DNA of 64,000 nt from Octopus vulgaris (lineage: Eukaryota). Both the position numbers and the translations under genes were made by a program. The notes under the pieces are model-generated. The model worked only from the letters and a program-made list of their open reading frames with translations, did no database searches and was not told the DNA's origin. The stretch covers positions 31,248,001 through 31,312,000 of the forward strand of contig OX597817.1 in NCBI GenBank assembly GCA_951406725.2, in the 5' to 3' direction. How positions within the stretch are numbered: position 1 is the stretch's first letter; each line of letters starts with the position of its first letter. Below, piece after piece: positions 30,473 to 44,931 of the stretch.

Positions 30473-33280
30473 TAATGGAGTGGTGGGGCGAATAATAAAA
30501 TATTTGATGTGTTGTGATGTAAAGGGCCTTGTCAGTGCAATGTAAATAATTAAGGGTGCATAGAGACGAATATGTACGAGCATGTATATTTGGAAAGAGA
30601 AAGTAATAAAGAAGAGTGAATGAATGAATGAAAATGAAACTAAGGAAGAACAGAGAGGGGGGGAAAGAGTAAGATAGAAAGAAACGAAAGAAAGAGACAT
30701 AGAGAAGCGGGTGGGGAACAATGTGTATTTTACAAATTAAATAATGTTCTCTGTGCGCTCTTAGTTGGTCATTAAAAGACAGCAGCTGTGTGTTCACCGA
30801 CTACATGTTGCCTCCTCAACATGTGTTCATTTGAAGTAGGATTGTATTATTATTTACATAGCGACATTAGCATAACTAAATCAGTGGAAGAAAAAGGATT
30901 GCTGCTGCTCCTGTTGTTATTTCTGTTTTTGTTTTTGTTGTTCTTTGTTTCTTTTTTTTGCGAAAAGAAAATTGTGAGGCCGCCGCACTAAATGCCTTTG
31001 AGTGTTTCGTTTCATCTCTTCTGTTCTTCAAAGGTCAATTCTCTCTTGGTTTGATTTGTGGTTTCATCCCTGAAGATCGATAAAATAAATTCCAGAACTA
31101 CTTCAATATCTCATATCCCTTCCTCCATAATATTTACCATAACAAAGGAAATCCTTACTTAAACCATTGCAGATTTAGTATAGTAATGAAACTCATACAT
31201 TCAATTCACTAGTTATCGCCACATTTTCAAATTAGTTATCAAAAAGTAAATTAGGTAATAGGTTTACATAGTTTCGATAATGTTCATGTACGTGGTTGAA
31301 TATTCCGCGGAGACATGTATCCTTGATGTAATTATCGAGCAAAATCAGAGGGATACAGTGTCACAAGTCTGGCCCTTTGAATTACAGGCACAAATTAACC
31401 CGAAGACTCTCTAGAGTTTTCAGCAACTAAATTTCACTTACAAGGTTTAGGTGACTCGAGGAATTCATAGAAGCTGCTACATTGTGAGATCGAATCCTAG
31501 ATCTCGGGATTACGAAATAAACTTCTTGACCATTTAATTATACTGAGAGTAAATAGCTCAGTCTGCTAATGCCAACACAATTAATCTTCATAGTACTCCA
31601 CTTATTTGTGAGATGCCACAGACTGGATTTTGACAGCTGTAGCAGAAACTAGAAAACTGAAGTATTGAACTGTTTATCATTTACATCCCCCGAACCAGAA
31701 AACTATAACAAAATTGCCAACCAATATTTCATTTAGTCGATGAAACAATCATACCACTTGCTTTAACTTTCGAGCCACAAATGGCCAATTTCAATAAATT
31801 GCCATTTGAAACTACAAGAATTTGTTTGCGAAGGGAAAATAGTGAGCCTGTTTTGTGACTTAGGTGATTAACAGGTGTAGTATTTTGCCAAGTTGTGAGT
31901 TACATATACAACTATTCAAATCAGTACTACAACAAGGAATTTGGTATCCTATCACCGATGATGTGCTGAACCTATGAAAAAGTTATTCAACTTTTGCCGA
32001 CTCTGTGTACTTAGTTGTAAACAGGTGTACTTTGCTGCATTTCAGTTCTGTTAAAATAGTACACTTTCAAACTAACTTGTGACTTGCTAGCTTGCATTTC
32101 TGTGTTCAAACGAGTAAAACACCGATATATCTTGTCTACAAAAAATTATGCGTTTTATGTGTGTTTTAACATTCTTTCTAAACATTCCAGCATGATTTTC
32201 ATGAATTATAAAATGAAATAGTTATGTGAATAAGGTGAGTGATGTGTTTCAACGACATAATCCAACGAAAGCCAAAGATAAACAAAATTTTCACACATTG
32301 TTCATTACTTATATGTACGAAGTACCAGATTCGTGATAACTTAACTGCTTCAGAGTAACATAGTCACAAGGTCCAGTCGTTGGTTCATTGTTGTTTTTGT
32401 TTTTTAACCCCAAGTCAATTCTGTTCAGTTAGAAGTATGATCAAAGACCTTCTGGTTGTAGCCATCCTGTATTCCTTTTTTGCTTATACACATTGTAATT
32501 AGAAGTAGTCATCTTAGTACCAGACAATTTTTGTTATTTTTTAGGGCGGCTAGAAGTACCAAGCTGCTCCGCAGAATTTTTTAAAGTATAAGACTCTAGA
32601 AAATCCATATCAACACTGGCTTGGGGGAGCTTGTAAAATATATTTTTCACAATTTTTTTTCACACAAAAATGACTAGTAAAACTAAGTAAGCAATAACCT
32701 TTATTTTTTTTTATAAATTTCAAACTAAAACTTTTGAAGAATTTTCCATGCTCGGAGCCCCGTAGTTTATAACTTGCTATGCGAAGATTACCAGTATTTT
32801 TTTTGCTTTTTTTTTTTTTGTTTTTGTTTGTTTTTTTTTTTTTGTGGGAGATCCTTTGTGTCGCAAGGTCATAAAGATTGAGTAATATGAGTAATATGAG
32901 GCAGAGCTAACTGATATTTAGAGCATTCCTAGCGAATACTTAGAAGCTCCTTCATTGTACATCTTCGAATGTATCAAAATTCAATACAAATGCCTGTTCA
33001 CTACTTGAGCTTTGATAACAAATTAACAAATTCAATAAACACCTTAAAGTAAGAAGAAACCAGGTAATTATTAGGTATTTAATTTAGAATTGTCTAATAT
33101 TTTAGCTCCTTCAAGTTTGTTCCATCTTTTCAATTCTATTCTATTTTGCTCTCAATCAATACTACTTCTGGCGCTGCTGAAGGAGATGGTGATAATGATG
33201 AAGGTTATTGAAGTGGAATTTGTGGAGGTGGGTGTATTACTTCTATTACATGTATGCTAAGTGTCTGTTTGTTTTTGTTG

Positions 33281-33333
<53 letters not shown>

Positions 33334-33507
33334 GAAGATGATGAAGATGATGATACTGAAGTTGCTTGTGCTGCTGCTCGGGCTGTTACTGCTGTTAAGT
33401 TTGCTAATGTTAATGTTCCTGTTAATGACGATGATGATGTTATTACAGCTGTTGCTTCTCTCTTATTAGCTGATTTTACTGACTGCTGCTGCTACTACTA
33501 CTACTAC

Positions 33508-33553
<46 letters not shown>

Positions 33554-34099
33554 TTCCTTCTATCCTTCGCAGATTCTCCTAATTGTAAATTTCTGGTGTG
33601 CATCTAGCCACAAGAATGCACATATTTATGCAAATAATTGTACCGAATTTACTGACAATATTAACAAGAACACTCAGAGAATGCAAACCTCCACCAATGT
33701 TTCTTTATTTTAGCACTACGGCCACAACACAGAGGGGACGCTACAAAGACGTCATAGTGGGGACAAAAAACATAAAACGAATGCTGTTATATATATATAA
33801 CGAAAGATGTTATATAAAAATGAAAAATGAAATGGCTGCATGGGTCCCACTCCCATATACCATTTGAATGTTAATATAAATTATTTACCATCGTTCTATT
33901 ATCGTATTGTTTTTCTCGCTTTTTCCTCTTTTTTTCAAAATGAAACAATTTTACTTTTTTTCCTTCTTTCTTCAATAAAACAATTTTACTTACAATTTTT
34001 TACTTTCTACTACCTCATGAAAGGTTCTTAATCTTTTAGCTCCACTATTGGTGGCAATTCATCGAACTCCACCATTACACCTGGCGGGTCAATCCCTTC

Positions 34100-35210
34100 T
34101 CCACACATGTCATTTAGTCTGTTGTAACAATAACTATATTGTTCTTATCTTTATTTAGTTTCTTATATTGTCTATTATTATTATCTATATTTTTGCTGTT
34201 TGAGTTATTACTAGGATTACCTGTTATATTATTAAGGTGTTCGTAGTAATTAAAGAATTTTATATTAGAGTTGTGAAGGCGCGTGGCTCAGTGGTTAGAG
34301 CATCGAGCTTACGATCGTGAGGTTGTGAGCTCGAATCCCGGACCGGGCTGCGTGTTGTGTTCTTGAGCAAGACACTTTATTTCACGTTGCTCCAGTTCAC
34401 TCAGCTGTAAAAATGAGTTGCGACGTCACAGGTGCCAAGCTGTATCGGCCCTTGCCTTTCCCTTGGACAACATCGGTGACGTGGAGAGGGGAGGCCGGTA
34501 TGCATGGGCGACTGCTGGTCTTCCATAAAACAACCTTGCCCAGACTTGTGCCTCAGAGGGTAACTCTCTAGGTGCAAACCCATGGTCAGTGTCTGACTGA
34601 AGGGGTTTGTCTGTCATATTAGAGTTATATCCTGCTTCTTAATATGGGGCATGTTTATTAAAAGTGTCATAATCTGAGGATAGCATAGATTTTCTTTTGC
34701 CTATATTATCTATTAAAGCTTCTTTAACTGATCTAGGATTGTTTCTTAAAACACTAATATGCATTAAATTTTCATTCAACTTATGGAATGGATGGATCTT
34801 ATTAGTGACAAGATTAATGCTGACGTCTAGGTAATTTACTGCATAGTGTTCATTCTCTATAGATATCCCTAGGCTATAATTCTTAACGAACTTGTACATT
34901 TTCTTCTTAAGGCATTCTAATGACCTATTAGTACAGTTCCTGGTTATAAGTAGGAGGTCGTCCCGATAAAGACCACCCTCTATATTCGTAAATTCTATCT
35001 CTAGTTCAGATAAAAGATATAATCCTACAAGATTGGTAACTTTGGCAGAACCAGGGGCACCCATGGGTATATCAAAACAATCTCTTGTGTCTTTTCTTGC
35101 AGATAGTTTATCTTTATATTTTATAATAGACTTCCTCACGGCCAACACCACTTTGACTTCTTCAAATAACATATTTACCTTTCTCATGGTTCTACTCATT
35201 TATAAATTCC
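34100..35210 (-). mobile_element. Penelope-like RT fragment
   Basis: ORF 34639-35199 FDIPMGAPGSA...GGLYRDD...VNYLDV; interrupted by a SINE. Confidence 0.88.
34273..34615 (+). mobile_element. SINE family C variant with 11-bp TSD atattagagtt
   Basis: TSD at 34262-34272 and 34616-34626; near-identical copy at 53566-53905. Confidence 0.92.
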
Positions 35211-35991
35211 CATAGTGCTCTGCTATCTTCACTTCCTCTAATCACCATTTTGAAAGACATCTTTCTTCTACCATAGGAGGATATACATCTGCATTTTTTA
35301 TGTAATTTTTCACATTTAATCACAGACATTTTTATTCTGATGTATATTTATATTTTATATTTTGTATTTGACATTATATACTTGACTTTTAAGTTTGATA
35401 TATGCGTACTAATTCATCTTTATAATTTATAATTTATAATTCTTAACTTTATAACGTATAATTTTTAATTTTTAATGTTTAATTTAACACTTAATTTTAA
35501 GGTGATGTAAAATTAGATTAACAATATTTTGTTAATCTAAAGATGTTTTGGTAGAATTGTAAATATGATGATTGCATATATATATATTTATATATGTATA
35601 TATATGTATAAATATATATATTATAATCTTCCAATACTGAAAGATGTGTAGTTCCTTTATAATTGATAATTTTAATTTCAACTTAAATAGGAGATAATTA
35701 AGGAAGTATATTTTATACCCTGCTGGTATACTGGTTATATCCTTTACAAAAGTATTATTTCGTGATGTGCAAGTAGACACCACGAGTTTACCTTCAGATA
35801 TACTCATTAGGTTATTTTTGTATTATTTGAAATAGAATGCCCGCGTAGCTATTAATCCCCCAAAATGAATTATATATATATACATGGGAAAGAGGCAGCC
35901 ACGGATTACATCGACATAAAAGAGGAAAATGTAACATCAGCCATTGATGAGACGAACTTGAACTCAGCAACCAGCCCAGACATGTAAGAAA

Positions 35992-38705
35992 GCTGGTTTC
36001 AGTCAGAAGCTGAGTCCATGCTAGAGAAACAGCCTTCAGTGCGATTGAATTTCTTTTCTGTATTCTTTCTGGTGAAGTAGTGAGTTGAACGATGCTTCTT
36101 TTCTTTGTGCCCCCTGTCATGATGTGGGTTCATCTGGTACTGCAGGTAAAAATATGCCCAGACGCTCTTTGAAGACCCTCTACATCCTTAAAATTTCTGA
36201 GGCTGTTTGGCAGAATGTTGAACAGCAGTGGACCCTTGAAACCCAAGCTACATTGTAATGGGCCTGTATTCCAGATGGAGAAGACATAATCTTTTGTACT
36301 ATGCAGCTTTTCCCAGTCTGTTGATTGGTATAGCTCTCAATTCCAAAGGTGGCTGTTGGATCTTCCAGGATCTTCCATATGTATATTTCTGTATATCTTT
36401 CAAGCCTTCTCTTTAGGGGTGGTAGAGCTTCAGTTCCTTTAGCCTTTCAAGATTCCTTTAGCCCACCTGTTTCATCTAGTCAATCTATTTGGTTTAGTGG
36501 CGCCTCATTGCCTTACGTTCTGCCACCTGTTTGACGCTCTGTGGTGACCACAGTTGGGAGCAATAATCCGGGCGACTGAGAACGAAAGTTTTCCATGTGA
36601 GTAGCATGGTATTCTTTATCTTAGTCCTGAATAATCTCATAATTCATCCAAATTCTCGTCCACATAGCGTTGCCATCTTGGTAATATGCACATGGAGTGT
36701 TGCATCACTGCTTATGTTGTTTCTCAAGTCACATTCTGACTCTGAATCTGGGATTTAACTAGCCCCCTAGCTACAACTGCCTGACTTCTGCCTTTCAAAA
36801 GGCATGCAGCCACTCTCCTAGCTCTCCATTGAAATCAAGTTCACGCAATCTGTGACATATCATTCCATGATCAACTTTGTCAACGAAGACATGTTGTGTG
36901 TTGTTATTTTCTTCAAGCAACGTAATCAGCCTTCTTTTGATAATGTGTTCCATTACCTTGCAAACAAGAGAAATCAGAAAGATATGCCTGTGATTTTAGC
37001 ACCTACTCTGTTTCCTCCTTTACGGACAGGGTATATTATACTTTCTTGTGACATTTTGTGAAGCTTACTACATGCAAGGAAACTTTGAAAAAAATATCTG
37101 CTGTGGTTTTGCGGGTGCTTTCTTACATGTCTTTAAAAGAAGGACCGAAATTCCATCTGGGCCGATTGCTGAGTTCAAGTTCATCTCATCAATGGCTGAT
37201 ATTACATTTTCCTCTTTTATGTCGATGTAATCCGTAGCTGCCTCTTTCCCATGTAGATCTGCGGTGTTGAAAAACCCATCAGACTCACTTATTTGCATAT
37301 TTTCCTGTGGAGTAGCGAAGACACTTTGGAATTGTTTATTTAGCACTTCTCTTATCCTATCCTCCTAGAGTTTACAATTAGCAAAACAGTGGCCCTTCTT
37401 GTAGTGTACCGAGAGGAATTCTTTGCAAACAAAGAAGGCTTTAGGATTCATTTTTATATTTTCCACCGCACTGGTTTCTCTTTCAAACCTTTCCTTTTCA
37501 TAAGAGTCTGAATTTTTGATCACTAAGAGTGCCTCTTTGAGGAGGTATTTCTCACTATCATTAAACTTTTCATTTAAGCGATAGGGGATCTTTATTTTTC
37601 GTCTTATCAGGACTCTCCTGTCTTATGAAATGTTGATTTGTATGTAATGGCTCTCTTCTCTGGAAAAATTCAATGCATACGGCTCGCATTATTCTTTTCT
37701 ACTCTAGGCAAAAGGCCCGAAAATTTGGGTGAGGGAACTTAATTTATCGACCCCGAAACGATGAAAGGCAAAGTCGACCTCGGCGGAATTTGAACTCAAA
37801 ACGTAACGACAGACGAAATACCGATAAGCATTTCGCCCGGCGTGCTAACGTTTCTACCAGTTCACCGCCTTATACGGCTTGCATTATTGACATGAATTCT
37901 TTAAGTTTTATATCGATGTCTGGCATAGGGACTTTTGAACCAATTGACTTCTAGTCAGCTTTGTAAAAGTACAGTTAAATGCACAGAACGATTTTGAATA
38001 TGTCAACAAGATTAATCTTGTGACATTTTCTTAGATGTACAACGCAATTCTACCGTGACTTTCATTTTCTTGTGTTGCATACATTGCTATGTATCTTTGC
38101 ATTACTTATGTCAGCAGATAGATGAGTCTCATGCAGAAAGATTATTCAGGTACGCAGTTTTGCGTTTGCTGTTGATTTGAAAGATGCCACTGATATTTAT
38201 TAGAATCGCAGTGATGTTTGGCTTTGCGGCCATAGTGGCCTTCCAGGGTTTATTATTTGTGGCGGTTTCGTGTGTGGGTGTGCATAGCTTCGTTTTGTTT
38301 ACAACTGTGCCAGCTACTTCACTATCTTTTGTGCCATATATAAAAAAATTCTGCTGTTCTACGGTTCCAGGTCGCTCGGCATCTGCATACACCTTTTTAA
38401 TTGTCATATTCACTGCAGGTTTGCATTGGGATACGAGTCCCTCTGGATGTGGTTTTATCCTACCTTGTCGGCAAAGTGGAAATTGTATTTGCCATAGGTT
38501 ACATTCTGCCGACTTTTGGAAGTGCAAAGCAACAATTCGTTCCCTTCTTTCCATGTCAGCAGTCATTTTTAGAGAGAATTTACAGAAGGTACGTACTTCA
38601 CATACTGTTTTGGTTCCTAATGGTGGTGGTAGGGTTGCGGTTTTCCTTTTAACTCTGAACTCTGTTTCATCAAGCTTTCGGTTGGTTCCTATACCTTCAC
38701 CACTG
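35992..38705 (-). mobile_element. CR1-like LINE, near full-length but decayed (ORF1 remnant, APE start, RT, tail)
   Basis: ORF 38129-38893 ends in NITAILINISGI..SKRKTAYL (endonuclease start); ORF 37068-37346 LNKQFQSVF..SAIGPDGI; 3' tail ggctgtttctctagcatggactcagcttctgactgaaac. Confidence 0.85.
37694..37871 (-). mobile_element. SINE family B inside the LINE, 17-bp TSD
   Basis: atacggctcgcattatt (37677-37693) and atacggcttgcattatt (37872-37888). Confidence 0.92.
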
Positions 38706-38712
38706 GTATAAG

Positions 38713-38806
<94 letters not shown>

Positions 38807-39491
38807 TGTGTGTGCGTGTGTGTGTGCGTGCGTGTGTGCGCGCGTGTGTGTGCGTGCGTGTGTATGCGTGTGTGTGTATATATATATAAACATGCAAGCG
38901 TGTCTCTGTATAATTGCGTGTAATATATTTTTACGCTTTTGGTAGTTTCCTATTTATTTGATCCAACAGGTTCACATTCGTCCTATTATTATTTAGTTTT
39001 TGACGTAATTCTTCAGTCAATATTTATACATGTTCTCAAGGCTATGACCAATAAAATATGTCTTCATTTCTGTTTCAGACATATGCACACATACGTATGC
39101 AAACATACACACACACACACATACGTACATACGCACATACATACATACATACATACATACATACATACATACATACATACATACATACATACATACATAC
39201 ATACATACATACATACATACATACACACATACTCACACACATATACACACACACACATATTCTTAAGAATGTACTATTTAACAAACAAGAATAATAAGAA
39301 TGGTCCAAGATTTTCAACATGGCCTTTTGTTTAATTTTCCTTTGCTTATATTCTTTCATATTTCACACACACACACAAATACACGTTTGAGTGTGTATGT
39401 ATACATATATATGTATGCATATTGAACGTTTGTAATCATTATACCTATATCTCTATATATATTGTCGTGGTGTTTCGTGTGTCTGTTTGCT

Positions 39492-39533
<42 letters not shown>

Positions 39534-40514
39534 GTCCATATTAATATATTTATATTTAAGTATGAGTATGTGTATGCGTCTGCGTGTATACATACGCACT
39601 AGTATATTCCTATGCATGGAGCTTGTACTATTATTATTGAAACACAAGCATTATTTTTAAGCATGCATTTATAACCACATGAACACATCACAATATATAT
39701 ATGCAAATACTCATACGCCCTTATATAATTACGCACACGAATATATATTTGCATAAATGTACATAGTGTACATTTACATTATATAGAAGTACGCATCTAC
39801 ATGTTTATAGCTATATATATATACATACGTGTGTGTACGTGTGTGTACGTGTGCATTTTCTTTTTGTTTTTTTCTATGTGCACTTTCTCATCTTTTCCTC
39901 TACGTCTATTACACATACGCACACATTTTCTCTCCCTCTTTCCCTCTTCTTATTATTTTCCTCTCACTCCTTTCTTCCGCTTTCTTTCTTTCTTTTCGGT
40001 TTGCTGTCGGCGATCTCTTGACACTATCGTGTTGTTACAACGTAACCGTCTTGTTTTGCTTATGCTCTGAAATTCTGTGACTAATTACAGTTATATTTCA
40101 ACAGAAACGCATCAACAGATGTTAAAAATAACGGCATCAAAAGACTGGAGACAAGCAAATGATGGCTGCATAAATAACTGCTATTGGTAATGTAGCAGAA
40201 ATACTAAATTTAGATTTTTCATCGTTTCACTAAAATAATGTTTTGTTATGTACTGCAAAACGAAAAAATACAAAATGAAATGGAAAGTAATTTATATGAA
40301 TAAATTTCATAAGAATTGTCTAAGATATATATAATTAAATAAGTTGAAGTCAACAAGAAGGAGTACAGTGGGGAGTCAACAAGAAGAAGTACATTTATTT
40401 CCAATGACTACAATTGTTTCTACGCAATGTAGAGTGAAATCTTAAGGTGGACGAACTTTCGACTGTACTCTACTACGTTTTTTAACAGAATATAACATAA
40501 CTATATATATATAT

Positions 40515-40637
40515 CACCGTGATCACCGTGACCGACTAGGCTATCAGATGTTGCTACACATTGCTGGTCACAATGCGCTTCGCATTGTTTTAGCATTCAA
40601 ATGACGCCACCCCTCTGGCTAAGCGAGCAGGCCAACT
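40515..40637 (-). mobile_element. Short retroposon 3' fragment in (TA)n
   Basis: GC-rich island ending in (tcacggtga)2 on the minus strand, flanked by (TA)n. Confidence 0.5.
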
Positions 40638-40638
40638 A

Positions 40639-40670
<32 letters not shown>

Positions 40671-40932
40671 CAAAATGGGACAACAAAACACCCAGATAGA
40701 CGATACAAAGAAAACAAGGACGGGTCATTCGGAGTTTTCTTTTCTCAGTCGTGTACCAGATTATCTTCGCAATTTCGGCTGATTATACTCAAGATAGCTC
40801 CAATCTGGCCAGCCCCAAGGAAAAACTAAGCTAATAGCATTAGATTCCTTGTAAGAAAGCAGCGAATGTATACGAAAACAAGGACAGAAAAAAACGGAGA
40901 ATGTTACACAAATACAATAAAAATAATAATAA
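40671..40932 (-). mobile_element. Short pLTR-like element in (TA)n with an HHR-like fold (40761-40829)
   Basis: Minus strand ttagttttt-CCTTGG-GGCTG...CAGCC-GAAA-TTGC-gaagataa; (TA)n on both sides. Confidence 0.5.
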
Positions 40933-40951
40933 CAAGACATAACAACAGGTG

Positions 40952-41022
<71 letters not shown>

Positions 41023-41380
41023 ATAACAAGGAGAACGAAGCTTACATGTATGTTTATGTGAACCATATTGTCTATATATATGAGTCTATGTATGTATTTG
41101 CAACTTTGAGCTTCTTTCCTTTAACATTTCGATTATGAAATCTCTTCACTGAAAACGGAGGCTCGTCTCATCCTATGATGGAATCAATTCTCAAATATTA
41201 TTATGGATTATCGAGACCCCAGAAGCAGCTGTTGGATTTGTAGTACATTTCTTCAACCCCTTTTAATTTTCCATATCCTTTGTATTGTGTAAGTCGAGCC
41301 TTTTTATATGTATACATATATACATCTTTGTATTTCATATATTCAATATACTTTATATATTGGTCTAAATTGCTTATCCT

Positions 41381-41421
<41 letters not shown>

Positions 41422-41542
41422 TATGTATATATGTATATATATGTACATATATATACATATATATCTACATATATATATATATACATATATATGCACACAT
41501 ATTTATATATACACACACATATATATATACACATATATATAC

Positions 41543-42290
41543 AACAACTTGGAAAGGTTCCTAAACTCGGAAAATGAGTGCCTCATGAATTGTCCGAAAG
41601 CAACCGCAAATCCCGAGTTGACATCTGCTCTTCTCACCATTCTCGCGAACTCATTTCACCCTTTATGGATAGACTTGTGACTGGTGACGAAAAATGGATC
41701 TTCTATCGAAATATTAAACGTCGTGTAACCGAGAAGGGAACTTCATGGAAAAAGGTTCTTCTCTCTATCTGGCGGGATAGCAAAGGAATAATTCACTTTG
41801 AATTTTTACTACTTAATGCAACAATCAATGCTCGAGTCTACTGTCAGCAGTTAGAGCGTCTTCAAGCTTTGAAGAAAAAAAGACCTGCTTTAGTGAATCG
41901 AAAAGGAATGATGTTTCATCAGGACAATGCGCGACCCAATACTGCAAAGATCACAGAAGATCGAAGAGCTTAATTGAGAAAAAATTCCTCATCCACCTTA
42001 TTCTCCCAACCCTGCTCCTTCAGACTGCCTTTGTTTCGTAGTTTACAGAATCATTTCGGAGAGATAACTTTTACAAACCAGGACGACGTCGAAACTGACA
42101 TTTCAGAGCTCTTCGCTTTGAAACCAAAAGAGTTTTACATCGATGGGATTAAAAAGCTTGTGATTAGATGGAAGAATATCATAGATAATCAGGAAAAGTA
42201 CATCGATGATTAAATTTAAATTAAATAGAACATTTGATCACTTGTTTTCTTTATTCAAAATTCGGACAGAACTTATGGGATGACCTCATA
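41543..42290 (+). mobile_element. Mariner transposase pseudogene, 5'-truncated, 3' TIR present
   Basis: (W>*)[24 protein letters not shown] and HPPYSPNPAPSD motifs with frameshifts; ends in ggacagaacttatgggatgacctcata. Confidence 0.95.
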
Positions 42291-42930
42291 TATTTTTTAT
42301 ATTATTATTTAATTGAACACCACACGCATCCATTTCCAAGTGATTTATCTTAACCTTTTTGATGCGACTCTGCTCTATACTGTTTTCCCCCAATATCCTC
42401 TCTAATTCCCTTTTTTCACCCTCTCACCTTTCTCTATCTGTCTCTCTCTCTCGTTGCTCCTACGTGACCATAGTCTGTTCTTCTTTTACTCACATGAACA
42501 TCTTTCATTCCTACACAGACTTTCTAGGGACTGGACGTCTCCTATCACTCTCTTCTGTCTTTTCTCTTTTCGAAGTAAATATATTTCTCTCAGTGTTCAC
42601 TCATCTTCCCCTAGTTCAGGTCTAACGTTCCTCCATGTTTGGTTTCGTTCAGTTTCTCTCTATGTCTGCACTGTCCTACTTTTGTTCCTAACTTTGACCA
42701 TCCATAAATCCAAAATTTCACGTTTTTTTATTATTGTATTTAATTTATCTTTTGCATTGTTGAAGTGTGGTAAACATTAAAAGAATCTTTAGTAATGTTC
42801 ATAAAATTTAATTAGCTCTTTCATGCGTTCGTAGTAATCATCAGATTTCAAAATGTATTGACTGACAGTTGAGTTGAGGTCTTGACAACTGTAGTAAAAT
42901 GACTGACTTCTTCCTTGTTATATCTTTTAG

Positions 42931-42999
42931 AAGGCTCCGACAAGCTGCATTTATCGATGTAGCTATGTCTTGTGGCAGAACACGTTTCTGAATTCAGAG
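42931..42999 (+). other. Candidate exon (5' UTR or lncRNA), 69 nt
   Basis: ttccttgttatatcttttag| ... cagag|gtgagt. Confidence 0.5.
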
Positions 43000-44931
43000 G
43001 TGAGTATTATTTTTATGTCAAAAGAGCTAATAAGAAAGGAACAAATTCTACCATGCTCTCACCTGTTTTCAACACATTAATCTAACTACCTTTCTCCAAA
43101 GGTTTTGCCGATATAAGGCAGAAATAACCAAGTTGAGGTAGATAAATGAAGAACTATTGATCGGTTGCACATCTCACAGACGACACGCACTTAACTAAAA
43201 AAAGAAGTGTGTTTTGAAATTTTGCTAATGTATTATTATACGTATGTTTATTCTTTTCCATTTTGTTGGAATACAGTTTGCAATTGTTTTGTTTAGATAT
43301 TTATTGTATATTGTTAAACTGCGAACAGTTTATGATCCCAAGAAAATACAACGAAAGCGACAACACCTCTTTCTCTCTCTTTCTTCTTTAGATGAAGGAC
43401 ATGTGTCCGAAACGTTGGATGTTTTACTCCTTACGGAAACTAAACTATCAAACTTTTCCACAAACTCTCTTATAATCTAACTGTTGTTGATTCATCTCGA
43501 TTTGATCATAAGTAAACAAAGTACTTCAAGTTTATTGTTGATATTTGTTACTATATAACAGTACATATGCTTCAATTTGTTAATCTTTGATTAATTACAT
43601 TTGAAATACATGAATATATTAATAAAGTTAAGAAACATGGAAAATCAAAATAAAATTATTATAGAAAACCTTCTATATGTTCCGTTGAAGAAAGCTTTAT
43701 ATTCCAGAACATTCAAGTCAAAGTAAATGGCTATATCTGCTCACATTAAGTATAGTACTTTAAAATTTCCACTATTCCTTACATTAGTATTTCAAATAAA
43801 AATGCATATAGACCTGAAACATGTTTGAATATAACTATAATTCTTCTTGAGACAACGGCACATAGTTAATTTCACATATTTATCATAAAGCAGAATTAAA
43901 TAATGGCATTGTAATAAATGTATTTCTATTTATAGTTTAATCGTAATGTAATATGCTATAAGTTCTTTCGTTTATGTAATTTATATTTGCGTTTAGTAAA
44001 AATTACATGGATGGAATGAAGGAGAAAAGTCTTAGATGAAACCGATAGCATAATTTTACAAACTGTGTGAAGAACCACCAGGCCAACAAAGGAGTATCAA
44101 CGTGGTCACTATACTTTCTTAAAATAGCAACAAATTGTCCCTCAAGTTTGGCCGTTTTTTTCTATGCTGTTCTCGATATACGATGCCTGAAAAAAGGCTA
44201 AGTATTCACTGTTAGAATATCTTTCAACATATGCATAGGTGTTCAGTTTAAGAATCGAGAGTTGATCAACATTATCACGAACACTATCATTAATACACTA
44301 TATTCAAGTGAGCTTGAATTTTTTTATTAGTTTCAGTATCATCGTACTTGTTACAAATATAACAGAATATAACAGATTTAAGTCATGGATTGAAGGTATA
44401 ATAATATTAAGCCTTAAGTTTAGAAGAGAATTATGTTATAAATTTAGCTAATAGACAAAAAACTTTTTAACTTTCTCAGTTTTTTCTGTCGACTATTTTA
44501 TCAATCTATCTCGCTCTTCTGCGCTATCTTTTAATAAGATATATATAATAAGTTTCATATATTCTCATAGGAAAGAGACTAATTTTTTCCATAGGGTTTA
44601 CAAATGATAAACAAGTAAAACATTAAATGTTTCTCATTTTGTACAGCGCAAAACATTAAATATATTTCTTGATATAACTATGTTCAAAATAAGATCACAA
44701 CTAGTCACATACTGATACTTTCATTACTGAAGACATCATCGTTGCTTTTTAACTCCATTTCAGCCTTGATGAAGAATACAGACTTATTACTAAATATATT
44801 GCACCAATCATCATTCTTTCTTTCTTTTCCCATGAACAGTGCGGCCTGGAACACATATTATCCAATGTGGCCATTACTTTTCAAAGCGACAAGATATTCT
44901 CAGAAGAAAAATTAGTTTCGTTTTCTATTAG

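Noticed and set aside
33208-33582. 124-aa Thr/Asp/Ala-rich ORF
   Set aside because: It is a compound trinucleotide repeat tract with no splice or domain evidence
34273-34350. tRNA genes at SINE 5' ends (also 53566, 22829 and others)
   Set aside because: The A/B boxes continue into SINE bodies, some with TSDs; these are tRNA-derived heads, not tRNA genes
38129-38893. Longest ORF (254 aa) as a host gene
   Set aside because: It is a (CA)n tract fused to frameshifted LINE ORF1 and endonuclease-start remnants
40515-40637. HDV-like ribozyme in the GC-rich fragment
   Set aside because: The nested double pseudoknot (P1, P1.1, P3) could not be assembled
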